Shown here piece after piece: positions 11,982-24,037 of a stretch of 64,000 nt of DNA. This DNA is from Trichosphaerium sp. ATCC 40318. Taxonomy: Eukaryota; Protista; Tubulinea. Under the pieces are notes generated by a model. The model worked only from the letters and a program-made list of their open reading frames with translations, was not told the DNA's origin and did not search any database. Made by a program: the position numbers and the translations under genes. Every line of letters starts with the position of its first letter. The first letter of the stretch is position 1. The DNA is taken from assembly GCA_038496445.1 (NCBI GenBank), contig JALMLS010000487.1, positions 1 through 64,000 on the forward strand. Direction: 5' to 3'.

Positions 11982-14900
11982 ATGAGACAACTGCTCCTCC
12001 TGGCTATCCTTTTCTCTGTATCTTACGCTGCAGGACGTAATAGATTTACTGCTACAAATGTAGTCATTACAAACCGTCCATTTATCAACGTACGTTCCTG
12101 TTCCTGTATCCTAGTTTCTTCGACTTGTAGCAACTAGTTTGTTACCTTCTCAAGCTTGCCCTTTTACCCTTTTCATGTACTTATACGTTCTGTAGGGCGT
12201 GTTGGAAGCACAAACTATGTATTACGATAAACCAAACAAGCGCATCGCCTGGTACGTAGTTTTCTGGGTTGGGTCTATACCACACTTCTGGAGCTTCTAC
12301 TGAAGTCTTGGTATTTTTCTTTTCTGACTATTCACAGGACCTACAATGGTATTCAAGCCGGTTCGTTGAGTGAGGCATACATTTATGACGAGGTACGCTA
12401 TTTTTTTTGTCTCACACATTTAATACGGACATACAATCACCACCACAACTTACGAATGTTCGCTCTGTTTTTTTGGTTTGTTAATATTTGATATAGAATA
12501 TTCGCTTACGTAAGTGTTCCGACGCTTGCGAAGCTTTTGGTGAAGACAGAAACATACCAGATCTAGAATCTCAAGGAAGTACTATCGCTGCACGTGATGG
12601 CTGCCAAACATGTTATAATGAAAACACTAATGCTGATAATGGTGGAGTGGATACCTTATGTTTCAATGGCAACAATATTTGTTTGTACGAACATCTTTCA
12701 ATGGTCGTTCCACCTTTCACGTGATTTCACTGAAATCAAAAAAGTTGTTTTGTTTGTGATGCTTACGCTGGTGTAGGGTTGAATTTGCGAACGGAGAAAA
12801 ATGGAAGTTCAACGGTCAGATAACCACTGGCGCTTTCCTAGGAGATGCTTTCTTGGATTCTATTGCTGAAAAAAAGTACGCAACAACTTAACTTTGTACG
12901 GTGGCTGCTAACTTCGTGTTTTACTATAGAAAGCTACCTGGTGGTGGCGGATGTACCGATGAGTGTTCTCAAGTTTTTGATATCGTTGTGGTATTGGATG
13001 AATCAGGTTCTATTGACAACGAGGAGGCACGTGTTTATATTATTTAAAAAACACTTTATTGGTTCTGTATTATTCAAGTGTACCACATATGAAATAGAAG
13101 TGTTTGATAACTTGTGTTACAGTGGAAGAAATTAAAGGAGTTTGCTGAAAATCTTGTTAACGCTTTTGAAATTAGTCCAACTGGTGCTAACTTTGGTACT
13201 ATACTTGTTTCTTGCAGCGAATCCAAATTCTCTTATTTTTCTTTCTTTTTAGCTATCAAACTTTATTCTACTGTTGGTCGTAATCTCTTGTCAATGTCAG
13301 CCTCCAAGCAAACTATTTTGAATCAACTACGAAGTACGTTTTACTGAAGCCTTACTAATTAAGGATGACACTAACACTTTTTTCAACACTAGGTATTAGT
13401 AAAGTTAGCGAATACACTTGTATTGGATGCGGAATGCAACTTGCATATGAGGAGCTTCAACAAAACAATAGGCCAAACACTGTCGCCGTAGTTGTGGCAA
13501 TGACTGATGGTCGTAACAACCGCCCATGTCAGTTGAGTGCATGCGGCTGTAACCAGCCATGTGCCAATGACTGTTGTCGTGGAAAAGGACCGTAAGTGGT
13601 TTCCTTCTTTCGTCTTTGTTCTTGGCTAGTCTGCCTTACCTTCTGTTTAGTGTTTGGGGACCAGGCGGTACTGGTAATTGTGATAATTGTGGTGGTCGTG
13701 ATGAGCTTATATTTTGGACTGATAAGATAAGAGACGCTGGATACAAGATGGTATCTATTGGTGTTGGAGATAACTTATCAGAAGATGATCTAAAGCTCTT
13801 TACAAGCGAATGGCCTGCTGATCATATTGCCGTTGCTGGTACGCTAGCGTTATGATCACAAGTCTAGCCTAACTTTCTTTGTACTTCAGACTTCGCATCA
13901 CTTAATTCGAAACTCCAAGATATCCTCACAGTTATCTGTCCAGGTATGTCCATAGTTGTGGTACTTGTTATTAACGGCTAGTAGTAAATACTGTCAACGA
14001 CTGTGGTGCTGCTTGCAATGGCTTTTGTCACTGTGGACAAGAATGCACTTGTCCTAGTAGTTGTGAACCAAAGGACATGTGTCATACTGCCTCTTGTGTT
14101 GCCAACGCTGGTTTCGGATGTGTACAAGTACCAATAAAGTGTAACGATAACAATGCTTGCACCAAAGATACTTGCAACCCAAACAGTACGTTGTTTTACC
14201 TTCTTTTCCTTCTGGTTTGGCTAACGGTTATCCAGCGGGATGTGTATTCACCGACATTTCAAATCAGTGTAGCGACAACAGTGAGTGTACTGATAATACA
14301 TGTGACCCTGTTCTAGGAGTACGTTCACAAACAGTGTTCGTAAAGAAGTGCTAATGTACCTTTAGTGCGTTGTCAAAGATGTCAAGTGTGAACCTTCCCA
14401 TCAATGTCAAAAAACGTCTTGTAATCCTACCACTGGATGCCAGTCCGTAGCAATAACTGATCAAGATTGCAGAGACAGCGCACAAAGCCAATTCCAAACT
14501 GTTCGTTTTTTTTCTTTGTTTTTTATTGTTTTCCGAACCTATACAACTCACGTTTATGTAGGAATGCTGGATACATACTTGTGATAATGGCTGTAAACGT
14601 GAACGCAAAAACTGCACTGTTGATGGTAACAAATGTAAAAACTACGAATGTGATCCTAATATGGGTACGGAGAATGCACTTAAAAAAACACAAGTTATCA
14701 AACATACTAACTTACTTTATAAAGGATGCGTAGTCTCAGACGTAGATTGTGATCTGGGCGATCCGTGTAAGCTGTATTCATGTGATCGTAAGTTTAACTA
14801 CAGTGATATTGGGTATCGCTATGAAAGACTAATAGTTCTCTAGCGAAGGTTGGCTGCCAAGAACGGCCAAAAACTTGTGATGATGGTCTAGTTTGTACTA

Positions 14901-16424
14901 CTGACACGTGTACAAATGGCATGTGTGATAACGTCAATCGAGATTGTGATAGGTGCACACTCTTGACCGGTACAGAGGTTGATTGCGATCAAGTATTCAG
15001 AGATGAACTAGATGTACCTGCTGAACTTTTGTAATACACGGTTTTGATGTTCTTCTTAGGCCAACAAGTGTCAAGCTACCTTCTGCGATATCAACGGTTC
15101 TAGTGATGTTCCAGAAGAAAACTGCAGAATCAGAGATACTACTCCTGACTGTAACTCGTACGAATTGCTTAAAAAAAATGAGAAAAACAGTTTCTAATAT
15201 GACCTAGCAACTCTGAATGCATTATTGACACGTGTGATACGGCTACAGGAGAGTGTGTTGCAACACCTAAAGTATGTGAAAGCAATAGTAAGTGTATCAT
15301 AGACGGTTGTGACCCAAAGACTGGATGTACAACAGAACCTGTTGTTTGTGATAAGAGAAATGAATGCGAAACTGCAAGATGTGATCCGTAAGTAGCTTTT
15401 TGTTTTCTCAATCACGTGATTTATAACTTTCTTTTAGTGCTAATGGATGTGTTTTTGAGAAATTGGATTGTAATGGAACAGACAAGTGTTTGATCTACTC
15501 TTGTGATAACTCCAAGGGTTGCCTAAATGAGACGAAGTGCTTGCCACCAAATAATTGTTTTGAGGCCCTTTGTGATCCATTAACTGGAGAGTGTTCATTC
15601 AAAAGCCTTTGTGATGATGGAAGCAAGTACGTAGTAGAAAGAACAATAGAAATTGGCACTCTTCACTTGACTAACACCATTTTCTAGCTGTACCATTGAT
15701 ACATGTGATACCACAAATGATCCTTTAGGTGTCTGTGTAAACACTCCTATAAATGAAACTGAAGTTTGTAACGACTTCAGCGGTTGTACAAGAGATTATT
15801 GCGAGTAAGTTGTAATAGTCTACACCTATTTTTCTTGCAATCAAACTCTAACCTTTTTATTTCAAGTCCTCAGCTAGGATGTATAAATGAGTACCAAGAA
15901 TGTCCTAACTTTAACGTTACTATTCCTTGCCAAACTGGCGCTAAATGCCACCCGTAAGTATTGACAGCTGCCTAACTTTTTTCGTTAAACACCTGTACAT
16001 TCTAACCTCTTCTACTTAGAACTTTGGGATGTCGCATTGCCAACATTGAATGTCCTCCTAAAGATAAATGTCACGTATCCAACTGCGTCTTCTAGTAAGT
16101 TCTAGTTCATTTTAAACACTGTTAGCTTATACCCCTTTCAGCAATGCTACTGATACAAAACCAGCGGAGAATATTTGTGAACAAAGTTTTGTGGATTCAA
16201 CAATATGCGTTCTTGGTGATGGAGCTGTAACAGGGATTTCTATTGGTGCAGGTGTACTCGCTGTAATTATCATTGCTGTCATTGTTGCTCTCGTTCTTGC
16301 TTCTTTAGCTGCTGCTAAAGCTTTCCAAGTACTTACTGCTGATGGGCTTGCCAGCGGTGGTGCTCAAACATCTCAAATATTCAAACCTGATGGTGTTGAG
16401 GGAGAGAGCCAAATCTTTGCTTAG
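11982..16424 (+). CDS. vWA + Cys-rich repeat single-pass membrane protein (integrin-beta/Sib-like adhesion receptor)
   Basis: Signal peptide MRQLLLLAILFSVSYA; MIDAS DIVVVLDESGS..AMTDG; many CxDxNxCTxDxCxP repeats of the Dictyostelium type; TM GISIGAGVLAVIIIAVIVALVLASL; short tail; about 20 short introns. Confidence 0.85.
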
Positions 16425-16983
16425 TTAGTTAAAAAACCTATTTGCGAAAACCAAAGAACCGTAATAACCCAAAAAGTTGTAGAATCAATAAAAAATCAAA
16501 GCCAATAAAACAGTTTTTTTATCAGGAATAACACGTGATATACAAATACAACGTAACACACTAAACCACTCGATGTAGCTATTTTAACGAAACATCAAGT
16601 ACTTTACCAACTAATCTATCAGCAAGAAGTGCAATGAAGCTTAACAAATAACACCTCAAACTTTCATTAAGCCAAGTGCAAGCGTACTATTTGCTACAGT
16701 CACAAAGTTGATTTACTCTAAAAAGACTTAACGATACCTGTTTCTCTTATACTAAAAGAGCTTTCACTATCATTCCACTTGAAAAGTACAATATCAATAA
16801 CCGACTTTGCTTGTTAAAAATGTAAAAGATACAGAAGTACCAACAGGATTTTATGCGCAGTGCATTTATAAAACCAACTGAGTTCTATACTCAAGTTTAT
16901 CACGGTAACAAAGTGCCTCAAAAATGGTCATTGCTCTCCGAACTAATCACTTATAAGAACGCCGCTAAAACCATTATGTGAAA

Positions 16984-17195
16984 ACCTAAAAATTGAGAAA
17001 GTGCCCACCAAACAATGGTCTTAAAAAACAGCAATGAAGCTTGACTTGCTGTTAATAGTGTTTTTCTATGGTAAGTGAGAGTTGAAAAGTACAAAAAAAA
17101 TTGCTTTACTTTTTTTGAGCTCTACGAATAAGTAACGGCCTTGGTACCTGTCCTATCCGAGACCATTGTTTTGGGCACTTTCTCAAGTTTTAGGT
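16984..17195. repeat. Short inverted repeat (~37-bp arms at 16984-17021 and 17160-17195)
   Basis: acctaaaaattgagaaagtgcccaccaaacaatggtct versus the reverse complement of the right arm, acctaaaacttgagaaagtgcccaaaacaatggtct. Confidence 0.8.
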
Positions 17196-17381
17196 CACAG
17201 TGGATTGTCTGTGGTTTTGGCAACGAATAAGTAGCCTTGGTACCTGGTACATAGGTGTTGCCTGCCCGAGACTAGAACATTGTTTTGTTGACACGTTTTC
17301 AGTATTGTGTTATGGAGTTTTTTGCATTCAATTGTTGTGTCGCACAGAATCCATAACCTCACATCTGTGCTTGAAGTAACA

Positions 17382-18080
17382 ATGAAGCTCTTCTTTAACC
17401 TACTCCTGGTTCTGCTACTAGCAACGCAAACCATCGCTTTTGAACTGTCAATACACAACGAATCGCCTTCTATTGCTACGTTTCAAGTGTTTAGAAACGT
17501 GACCTTCAAAGACACTGATCCCTTGAAGCCTTATCCAGTTTTCTCGCAAAAACTACCTCTGAACTTCTCTTGGGACATTAAACCTGTCGATGTAACAGAC
17601 TACGTTGCCGTTTCAGCAGGTAAGTCAATACTTTACTCTCAACGACGAAGTATAACGAATGCGCTTATCCTTCCTTTAGACACCGAATCCGGGTACATAG
17701 AGTATCACCTACCTCTTGTTTTTGGCAAAGAGTACAAAGTCTCGTTTGTACCGAATTATCCAAGTCTTTTTGAGTTTAAGATGCTCGATAATATACCCAA
17801 CAGCGAAGACTCTGTAACTGTTAAGTTCCCTCCTTACTACCCAATTCAACACAGCTTTAAAGTCGGGATAACTTGGCTGAAAGAAGATAAAAAAGAGTCT
17901 TATTGGACAGCACAGAGCAGCGTTCGTGCTAATACACTTGTAACTGTCACACCTCATAGTATCTTTAACGTTAAGACAGACACAACAAAATTTCCAGGAT
18001 GTTTCTTTGACTTTACTCGCAGTAATCTAGGAGAAGCAACACTCACCGATGGCGGAGAATGGGAATGCAAGTTAATGTAA
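17382..18080 (+). CDS. Intronless secreted beta-rich protein (weak RhiA-like resemblance)
   Basis: Uninterrupted ORF with a clear signal peptide MKLFFNLLLVLLLATQTIA; AATAAA follows the stop. Confidence 0.75.
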   Translation: MKLFFNLLLVLLLATQTIAFELSIHNESPSIATFQVFRNVTFKDTDPLKPYPVFSQKLPLNFSWDIKPVDVTDYVAVSAGKSILYSQRRSITNALILPLDTESGYIEYHLPLVFGKEYKVSFVPNYPSLFEFKMLDNIPNSEDSVTVKFPPYYPIQHSFKVGITWLKEDKKESYWTAQSSVRANTLVTVTPHSIFNVKTDTTKFPGCFFDFTRSNLGEATLTDGGEWECKLM

Positions 18081-18297
18081 AACTCAATAAACAATTCACC
18101 CCACAATATTGTATTGTTCGCCATTGTAGACTTTGTTACTACCGAATCCGCCGGCCAAATCTCGTTTTCATGATACTTTAAATTGTTTCCATGTGCTACC
18201 TTGGTGTTCGGTGTTCAGATGTGCTCAATAATAAACTAATTTTACACTTTTTGCAATAGCCAGCTTTGGATTGTCCGTTCTCTTACAAAATTTATGC

Positions 18298-18595
18298 AGG
18301 TGTAAGATGGTTGAAATAGCTTGCGGACAGCGACTGGATTGCTCTATCTAGTTGGGAATCAGATCAACCAGTGTTTGTGGACTTTGGTGCAGTTACAAAG
18401 GCCATTGCAGCCTATGTTAGGACGAAATTCCCTGACAGAGAATTCAACTTTTTCTATGTTTGTGGTGGAGGTTCGTTGTTTAGTTTTAACATATTCCAAG
18501 TTCTCATTTATGGCTTAGATTTGTTTCTGCGATGCAGACTGTTCTTTCATTCTAGTATGGTGTATGTGGCCTCTCAAGGCCTGGATTTAAAATGA
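18298..18595 (+). pseudogene. Nucleotidyltransferase (NMNAT/CTP_transf-like) fragment
   Basis: RCKMVEIA/ADSDWIALSSWESDQPVFVDFGAV..KFPDREFNFFYVCGG, with a frameshift near 18321 and no intact 5' part. Confidence 0.55.
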
Positions 18596-19460
18596 CAGAA
18601 TACCAAGCAGATACACTTAAGAAACAGAAAGATAACGAAAAAAGGTAATTTACTTTTCAAACTTACAATCCTTGGCACAAGGCTAACCGCAGGTACAGTA
18701 ACAAGGTGTAGATTTGAGTAACAGTCTTTGTGAACACGTTTAATGAAAAAGTGTTCACAAAGAAATGGTTTTAAATTCAGTGATCATTACTTAACTGCCA
18801 CACTGTAAAGAAGTAAAAGATCCAATAAGCAAAGCACAAATGCTATCACCAAATGTAGTGCGTAACAATCAAACTACGCTGATTTGGCTTCCTTGCGAAC
18901 TTGTACACGTGATATGTTAGCATAAGACATCTGTGTGCTACTTTAACTAACATGCTTTTTCAGGCAATTTTGGGTGTTTTAAAGATACTTTAACATTATC
19001 AAGTACCTGCAGTGCTTTAAACAAAGTGATAGCGCATGACTCTTTATGGAGAGGTACTAATCACACGTCACGTGTTGTTTAAAATTATACGACTACGGTT
19101 AAAAACTACTAGCTTTGATGAACTCAAGATGGGGCCACGTAATAAAACAACAGTCGGAGAGCTATTTTCAAGCTTTTAAAAGACTTCATAGAGTACGTCA
19201 CTGAAATCCGTTTCACATGACGTTTTCTTACAAGCTTAGTGTCAACAGAAAGTACATGCAAATAGTAATATGTATCATTGTGAAGACGACAAGACCATTT
19301 TTATTTACGTTCGTAAGTGCTCTTTTTTCAAAAAGTGTTAACAATTTCTGCTGTATGTGACCCTAAACGTACATGTTACTATGGTGAAGCTTTGGTTTGG
19401 TTTAGTAGTATTGCTACTTCACAATGTGACAGTTCAAGCGTATATTACGGATCATTATCT

Positions 19461-20150
19461 TTACTTCAAATTTCCAAAAAGTTGTATGCGTCTTTCTTCA
19501 ACCCATGTTATACCTAAAGCCTCAACAGCTTGTTTTGTAATCTTGCTTCTCTCCACATGCCTGATGTTGATAGATTTTAGCGACTTCAAGTGTTTCAAGC
19601 ATGAGTTTGTAAGCTTAGGACACAGCACAAGCTCAAGATGTTCAAGATTTACCAAGTGTTTGAAACCTTCGTCTGTAATATTACAAGCGCCCAAATAAAG
19701 GCTTTTTACATTTATCAATGATTTGATGTCATCACCTGTAATTGATTTGGCAAAATAAATGCGTACTTCATGAACATTTCCAAGATGCTTAAGCCACTCC
19801 TTTTGTGGGTGTAGGAGTGCAATTGAGTGCACACCAGCAAGTGCTTTTATTCCTTCGACAGTAATTTTATTACAGGAAATAATATCTATAAAGTGTACAT
19901 CTTTGAGTGCCTTTAATGAAACATCAGTTATATTTGTTGACGCCAGGCTAATTTCGCGGATACTCCTGAAACGTATCTCGTTCATTATGTCGGTAACTGG
20001 TTCATTATTTGTCCATTTTCGTTTGTCAACTGGAACCACTGCTCCAAAGCGTATAACACTCGCTATTGGAGTTAACAGACGCACTAGCCTACAAACTCTA
20101 GTTTCGCCGTTGTAAACAATTGTTTGGAAACCAACGTTTCGGATGTCCAC
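19461..20150 (-). CDS. Intronless leucine-rich repeat protein (start uncertain, possibly a pseudogene)
   Basis: Repeats of the form ISLASTNITDVSLKALKDVHFIDIISCNKITVEGIKALAGVHSIAL..LYLGACNITDEGFKHL. The ORF opens at GTG; the first ATG is internal. Confidence 0.65.
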   Translation of the reverse strand: MDIRNVGFQTIVYNGETRVCRLVRLLTPIASVIRFGAVVPVDKRKWTNNEPVTDIMNEIRFRSIREISLASTNITDVSLKALKDVHFIDIISCNKITVEGIKALAGVHSIALLHPQKEWLKHLGNVHEVRIYFAKSITGDDIKSLINVKSLYLGACNITDEGFKHLVNLEHLELVLCPKLTNSCLKHLKSLKSINIRHVERSKITKQAVEALGITWVEERRIQLFGNLK

Positions 20151-20222
20151 TTTTTTTAGAAATCACGTGTACCTAATTTTGTGATGTTTTTTCAAACCCA
20201 CCGTCTTTACATCCACAACACC

Positions 20223-22826
20223 ATGGTTTCTTTAAGTTTTTGGTTAATATTATTGGGATGCTTATCTTTTACAAAATGCTGTGTGACGCTTTCTCCAGGC
20301 GACAATATAGATACTGCTGTACGTACAAGCGAAAAACAAACTAAAAAAAAAACCCAATTTTACACTGTAGTCATCCATACTCTAAGGCGTCTGAATGTAT
20401 TCTACTTCGTAATGGCGAATACGAAGAATTAGAATTAAGCAATGAACGTAATTTGGATATCCGAGCATTTGATACTATTAACCCAAACGCACGTGTTTTC
20501 ACAGATAAATGAAACGATTAGTTTTCCTCTTACAGAAACAAATGTAATGATAGGTCGTTTTCACTTTGGTCAGCTTAGATGGGTGCTCTAATATCTCCTT
20601 CTCGTTTGTGACTATTAAAGGCGACGAATTACCTCTCGTTGAAATGTTAGACGGTACGTCACCAACAGTTTTTTCAGTATTAAACTACTTTGTTGTAGAC
20701 GCTGCAGATATAACATTTGATCACGTGACATTTACATACACTAACAGCGCGGACAGAACGTAAGCATGGATTAAAATTAGAAAAAATCACAAGTCTTACA
20801 ACGAATAAGGCTTATAGAGATAGACGCGGGCGTTTCAGGTGAGTACTTTAATTAAAAAAAAACAGCAACATTGGGAATATTCCAAATTTTAAAACAGGTA
20901 CAACGCCGACAGCTGACAATAGCTACTACTTCAAGAATGTGCTGATTGAGACACAATCTAATACAAACAAAAATATTGGATTCTTAGTAGTATCAGGCCA
21001 TGTCTTTGTTACAGATAGTATATTAAATAGTAGCTTCAAAGGTATTTGGTTGAACCTTGATTGTTGTGTATTTTTGTTGATGACTGCAGAGGTATTTATA
21101 ACCACAAGAGCAGATAATGCGTACATATACATCGACCGTTCTCGTATTTATGGTGGGGGAGCAGGAGTAGATACAGTATTCGAGTAAGCATACAAATTGA
21201 AACAATTATATCATAAAGTCATACTCTTGTAGGTGCTTGAAAGATGCTCATTTCAGGATATCAAATACACTGATTACAGGAGCACCTAAAAGTAAGTGCA
21301 GTAGCTACGTCAAGGATAAACTTTGGATTACAACAGCTTCTGCTTTTTTACCAGTTTTTATCGATTTTTGACGCTTGGAACATAGTAATGAATACAAAAT
21401 GTGTGGACGATGAAGGAAGTTTTGAGATAGAATCTTGTACGTTCGGATTAGGTACAACCAAAGTGTATATTTTGTTATAAACAGTTTTTTGTAGGTTCCG
21501 AAAACATCACCCCAAACTTTGAACCAACAAAGTTCACCAATATATTAACTACAGCAATTGGTACAACTAGTGGTTCTGTAATGCACGTGGATCAGAGTGT
21601 ATTTGCGGACGCAAAAGAAAACGACTATAATATCGTATCAGATTCCGTGTTTAACTTCCAAGGTTAATCTACGCCCTTTTGCAACTATGTTAATTAAAAC
21701 TTTAGGCACGGTTCAAACTGGTGTTCCACTATACGACATAAGCACGTGTTTTAAAGTCTATCATTTGTGATATATTAATATTAAGTTTTAAAACTAGACA
21801 ATAATGTCAGGATTGAAGGGTTCATTGATATTGGCGCTTTCCAAACAGTATGTACATAGTTGATTTGTTTATAGTGTTGATTACTGTTTATTAGCGACTT
21901 CCTCCAACCTTGGCTGTGCCAACTTCACAACCTACCATCCCTTCACCAACAATGAAACCCACAACACAGTCACCTACAAGCGCGGGTCCTACTGCTACAC
22001 CGACAACAAACCCACCTACACACACTTGTAGTACTGTACCGCCAACAGAGCACTTTATATGTGCGGCAGGTCCGTTGTCTCCCTTACATTTAATGTGTTA
22101 TTTATTTAAACAAGGTGTGTGGCGTGTTAATGTTGATGTATTGCTATCAAATGACTCTATTTGGCATGGACGATTTGAAGTAAATAGTAACTTTACAGTC
22201 ACTGGTGATGTTGTTTTAAAGAAAAACACAACAATTACAGTAAAAGGTCACAATCCTCAATGGAAAATCACGAACATTAACTCCTTTTTATCAAGGTTGT
22301 ATGAATATATTTGGTGAGATAACAGTTTCTGATGACGGGGTACAACATGGACAGGTATTTACTCATTTTATTGACACCTCGTTATTCTTTACGCGGTTGA
22401 AGGCTGCTTTAACGCCAATAATTGAGTTGTATATCTTTTCAAAACCGTCGAGTTGTCCAGGCTTTGCCAATAGTACTCACCGTTTTTTTTTGTTTAAGAG
22501 CGTTGACTTTATTGACTATGATTTAATTAAAACCTGTGTTCATGTTCCAGCAAACATAAACGTAGTACCTAATACAGACTGTGCCAGAAAAATATATGCT
22601 GAAACCCTCGATGATCGCAAAGGTAAGTGACCTTGTATTTCACTAGCACTTCAAATACATAATGGCTTGTTTTCTTGCAGGAAGCATTGACATTGTGTTT
22701 TCAATTCGGAATGATTGTGGAAGTTCCTTAAGTGTAGCAGCAGCAGTTGGCATTTCTATTTCTTGCATAATTTTAGCGATAGTGATTGTAATTCTTATTT
22801 ACTTTGTAATAAAGGCCAAGTGGTAA
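20223..22826 (+). CDS. Secreted single-pass membrane glycoprotein with beta-helix-like N-terminus and Pro/Thr-rich stalk
   Basis: Signal peptide MVSLSFWLILLGCLSFTKC; VTLSPGDNIDTA; DIGAFQ; PTSQPTIPSPTMKPTTQSPT stalk; TM AAAVGISISCIILAIVIVILIYFVI; many short introns. Confidence 0.65.
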
Positions 22827-23019
22827 TAAACACATGTTGATCTCAAGTTTTAAACTAAGCCAAGAAATCTATGAAATAAGAACTGCTTATTAAAGAACAG
22901 CGTAACAACCCACATAAGTTGGTTTACCAAAGCAAAGTCACTTACCTCTAGTGTGACTTAACAAAAATCATGTGTTTCAACCGCGCTGGAGCAGCGTTTT
23001 CACTAGTACTCAGGTACAA

Positions 23020-23320
23020 CTGTTTGCTGATGTTCATAGTATTAACCTGAGAAACACTTAGTAACAGATAAAGGAATCAGGTACCTTACTGGTGTTCCTG
23101 AGAGACACTTCAGTTACCGATGAAGGAATCAAGCACATTGCTGGTGTACATGCTATTAGTCCAGATAAAACACTAGTAACTGACAAAAGAGTCAAAGAAT
23201 TAAAAGGTGTTCATTAGCCTTCAGGAGATATGTAACCGACAAAGGGGTAATAGCTTTAAGAGTTGTTCACACAATTGACACATTGAGTATTGTGAAGCTA
23301 CTGACAAAGTAAAAGGTTTA
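23020..23320 (+). pseudogene. Decayed LRR gene fragment, same repeat type as 19461-20150
   Basis: ADVHSINLRNT/VTDKGIRYLTGV/LRDTSVTDEGIKHIAGVHAIS..VTDKRVKELKGVH*, with frameshifts and stops. Confidence 0.7.
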
Positions 23321-23551
23321 TTCTAACCGCCAATTCCAATTCTGGTGGAATGTACTATAGAGGCTAACAGTAAATAGCACAAGCAAGGTAAAAAAACAAT
23401 AAACAGGTGCAAGAACAACGATTTTATTAATACCCCGAAATGTTGTTATGGTACAATGGAAAGCTCACTGCACCGTTAATAGGCCAGAATGATTTATGAT
23501 CTATCATAAAAAGAAGCAAATAACAACCACACCTATGCGAGAACTTAACAG

Positions 23552-24037
23552 TTAAGGAAGAAAAAAGAGAGTTGCAAAAAAGCGCTCATGTTTCTTCTCG
23601 TACGTAGATATGAACAGGTGACAATACTCATCAAGATTTTCATTGGGAGCAAAGGGTACTGCGGGATTTGCAAATATACGATGGGTTTTTCTACCCTCTG
23701 TAGTGAAAGAGAAGTCTCCTACTTTTTTCCCTTGATGTATAACTTCAGCAGTCATTTTATGGAACGTCCCTGTGTATGGACGTCCTTCTCCTGGGTCAAC
23801 TCTTCTAGTGTAGCTTTTTGTTGTAGTTATGTTTACTTCTACACAATAGCATTCCTTGGAAACACGTGTCATCTTCTTAACACCTCTTCTTATTTTATAC
23901 TCAGAGTATTCTTCATTTGATTTTGCTTTAATCTTTTCCACATATTCAGGAGCTATTTTTCCATCTAGCACTCTTATTACAGTGTTATTGAGAAAATTTA
24001 TTACACGCACCTGTGAGACTGAAATAGTGGCTGTCAT
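23552..24037 (-). CDS. Intronless hypothetical protein (161 aa)
   Basis: Long open frame from ATG 24037 with protein-like composition; no family recognised. Confidence 0.55.
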   Translation of the reverse strand: MTATISVSQVRVINFLNNTVIRVLDGKIAPEYVEKIKAKSNEEYSEYKIRRGVKKMTRVSKECYCVEVNITTTKSYTRRVDPGEGRPYTGTFHKMTAEVIHQGKKVGDFSFTTEGRKTHRIFANPAVPFAPNENLDEYCHLFISTYEKKHERFFATLFFLP

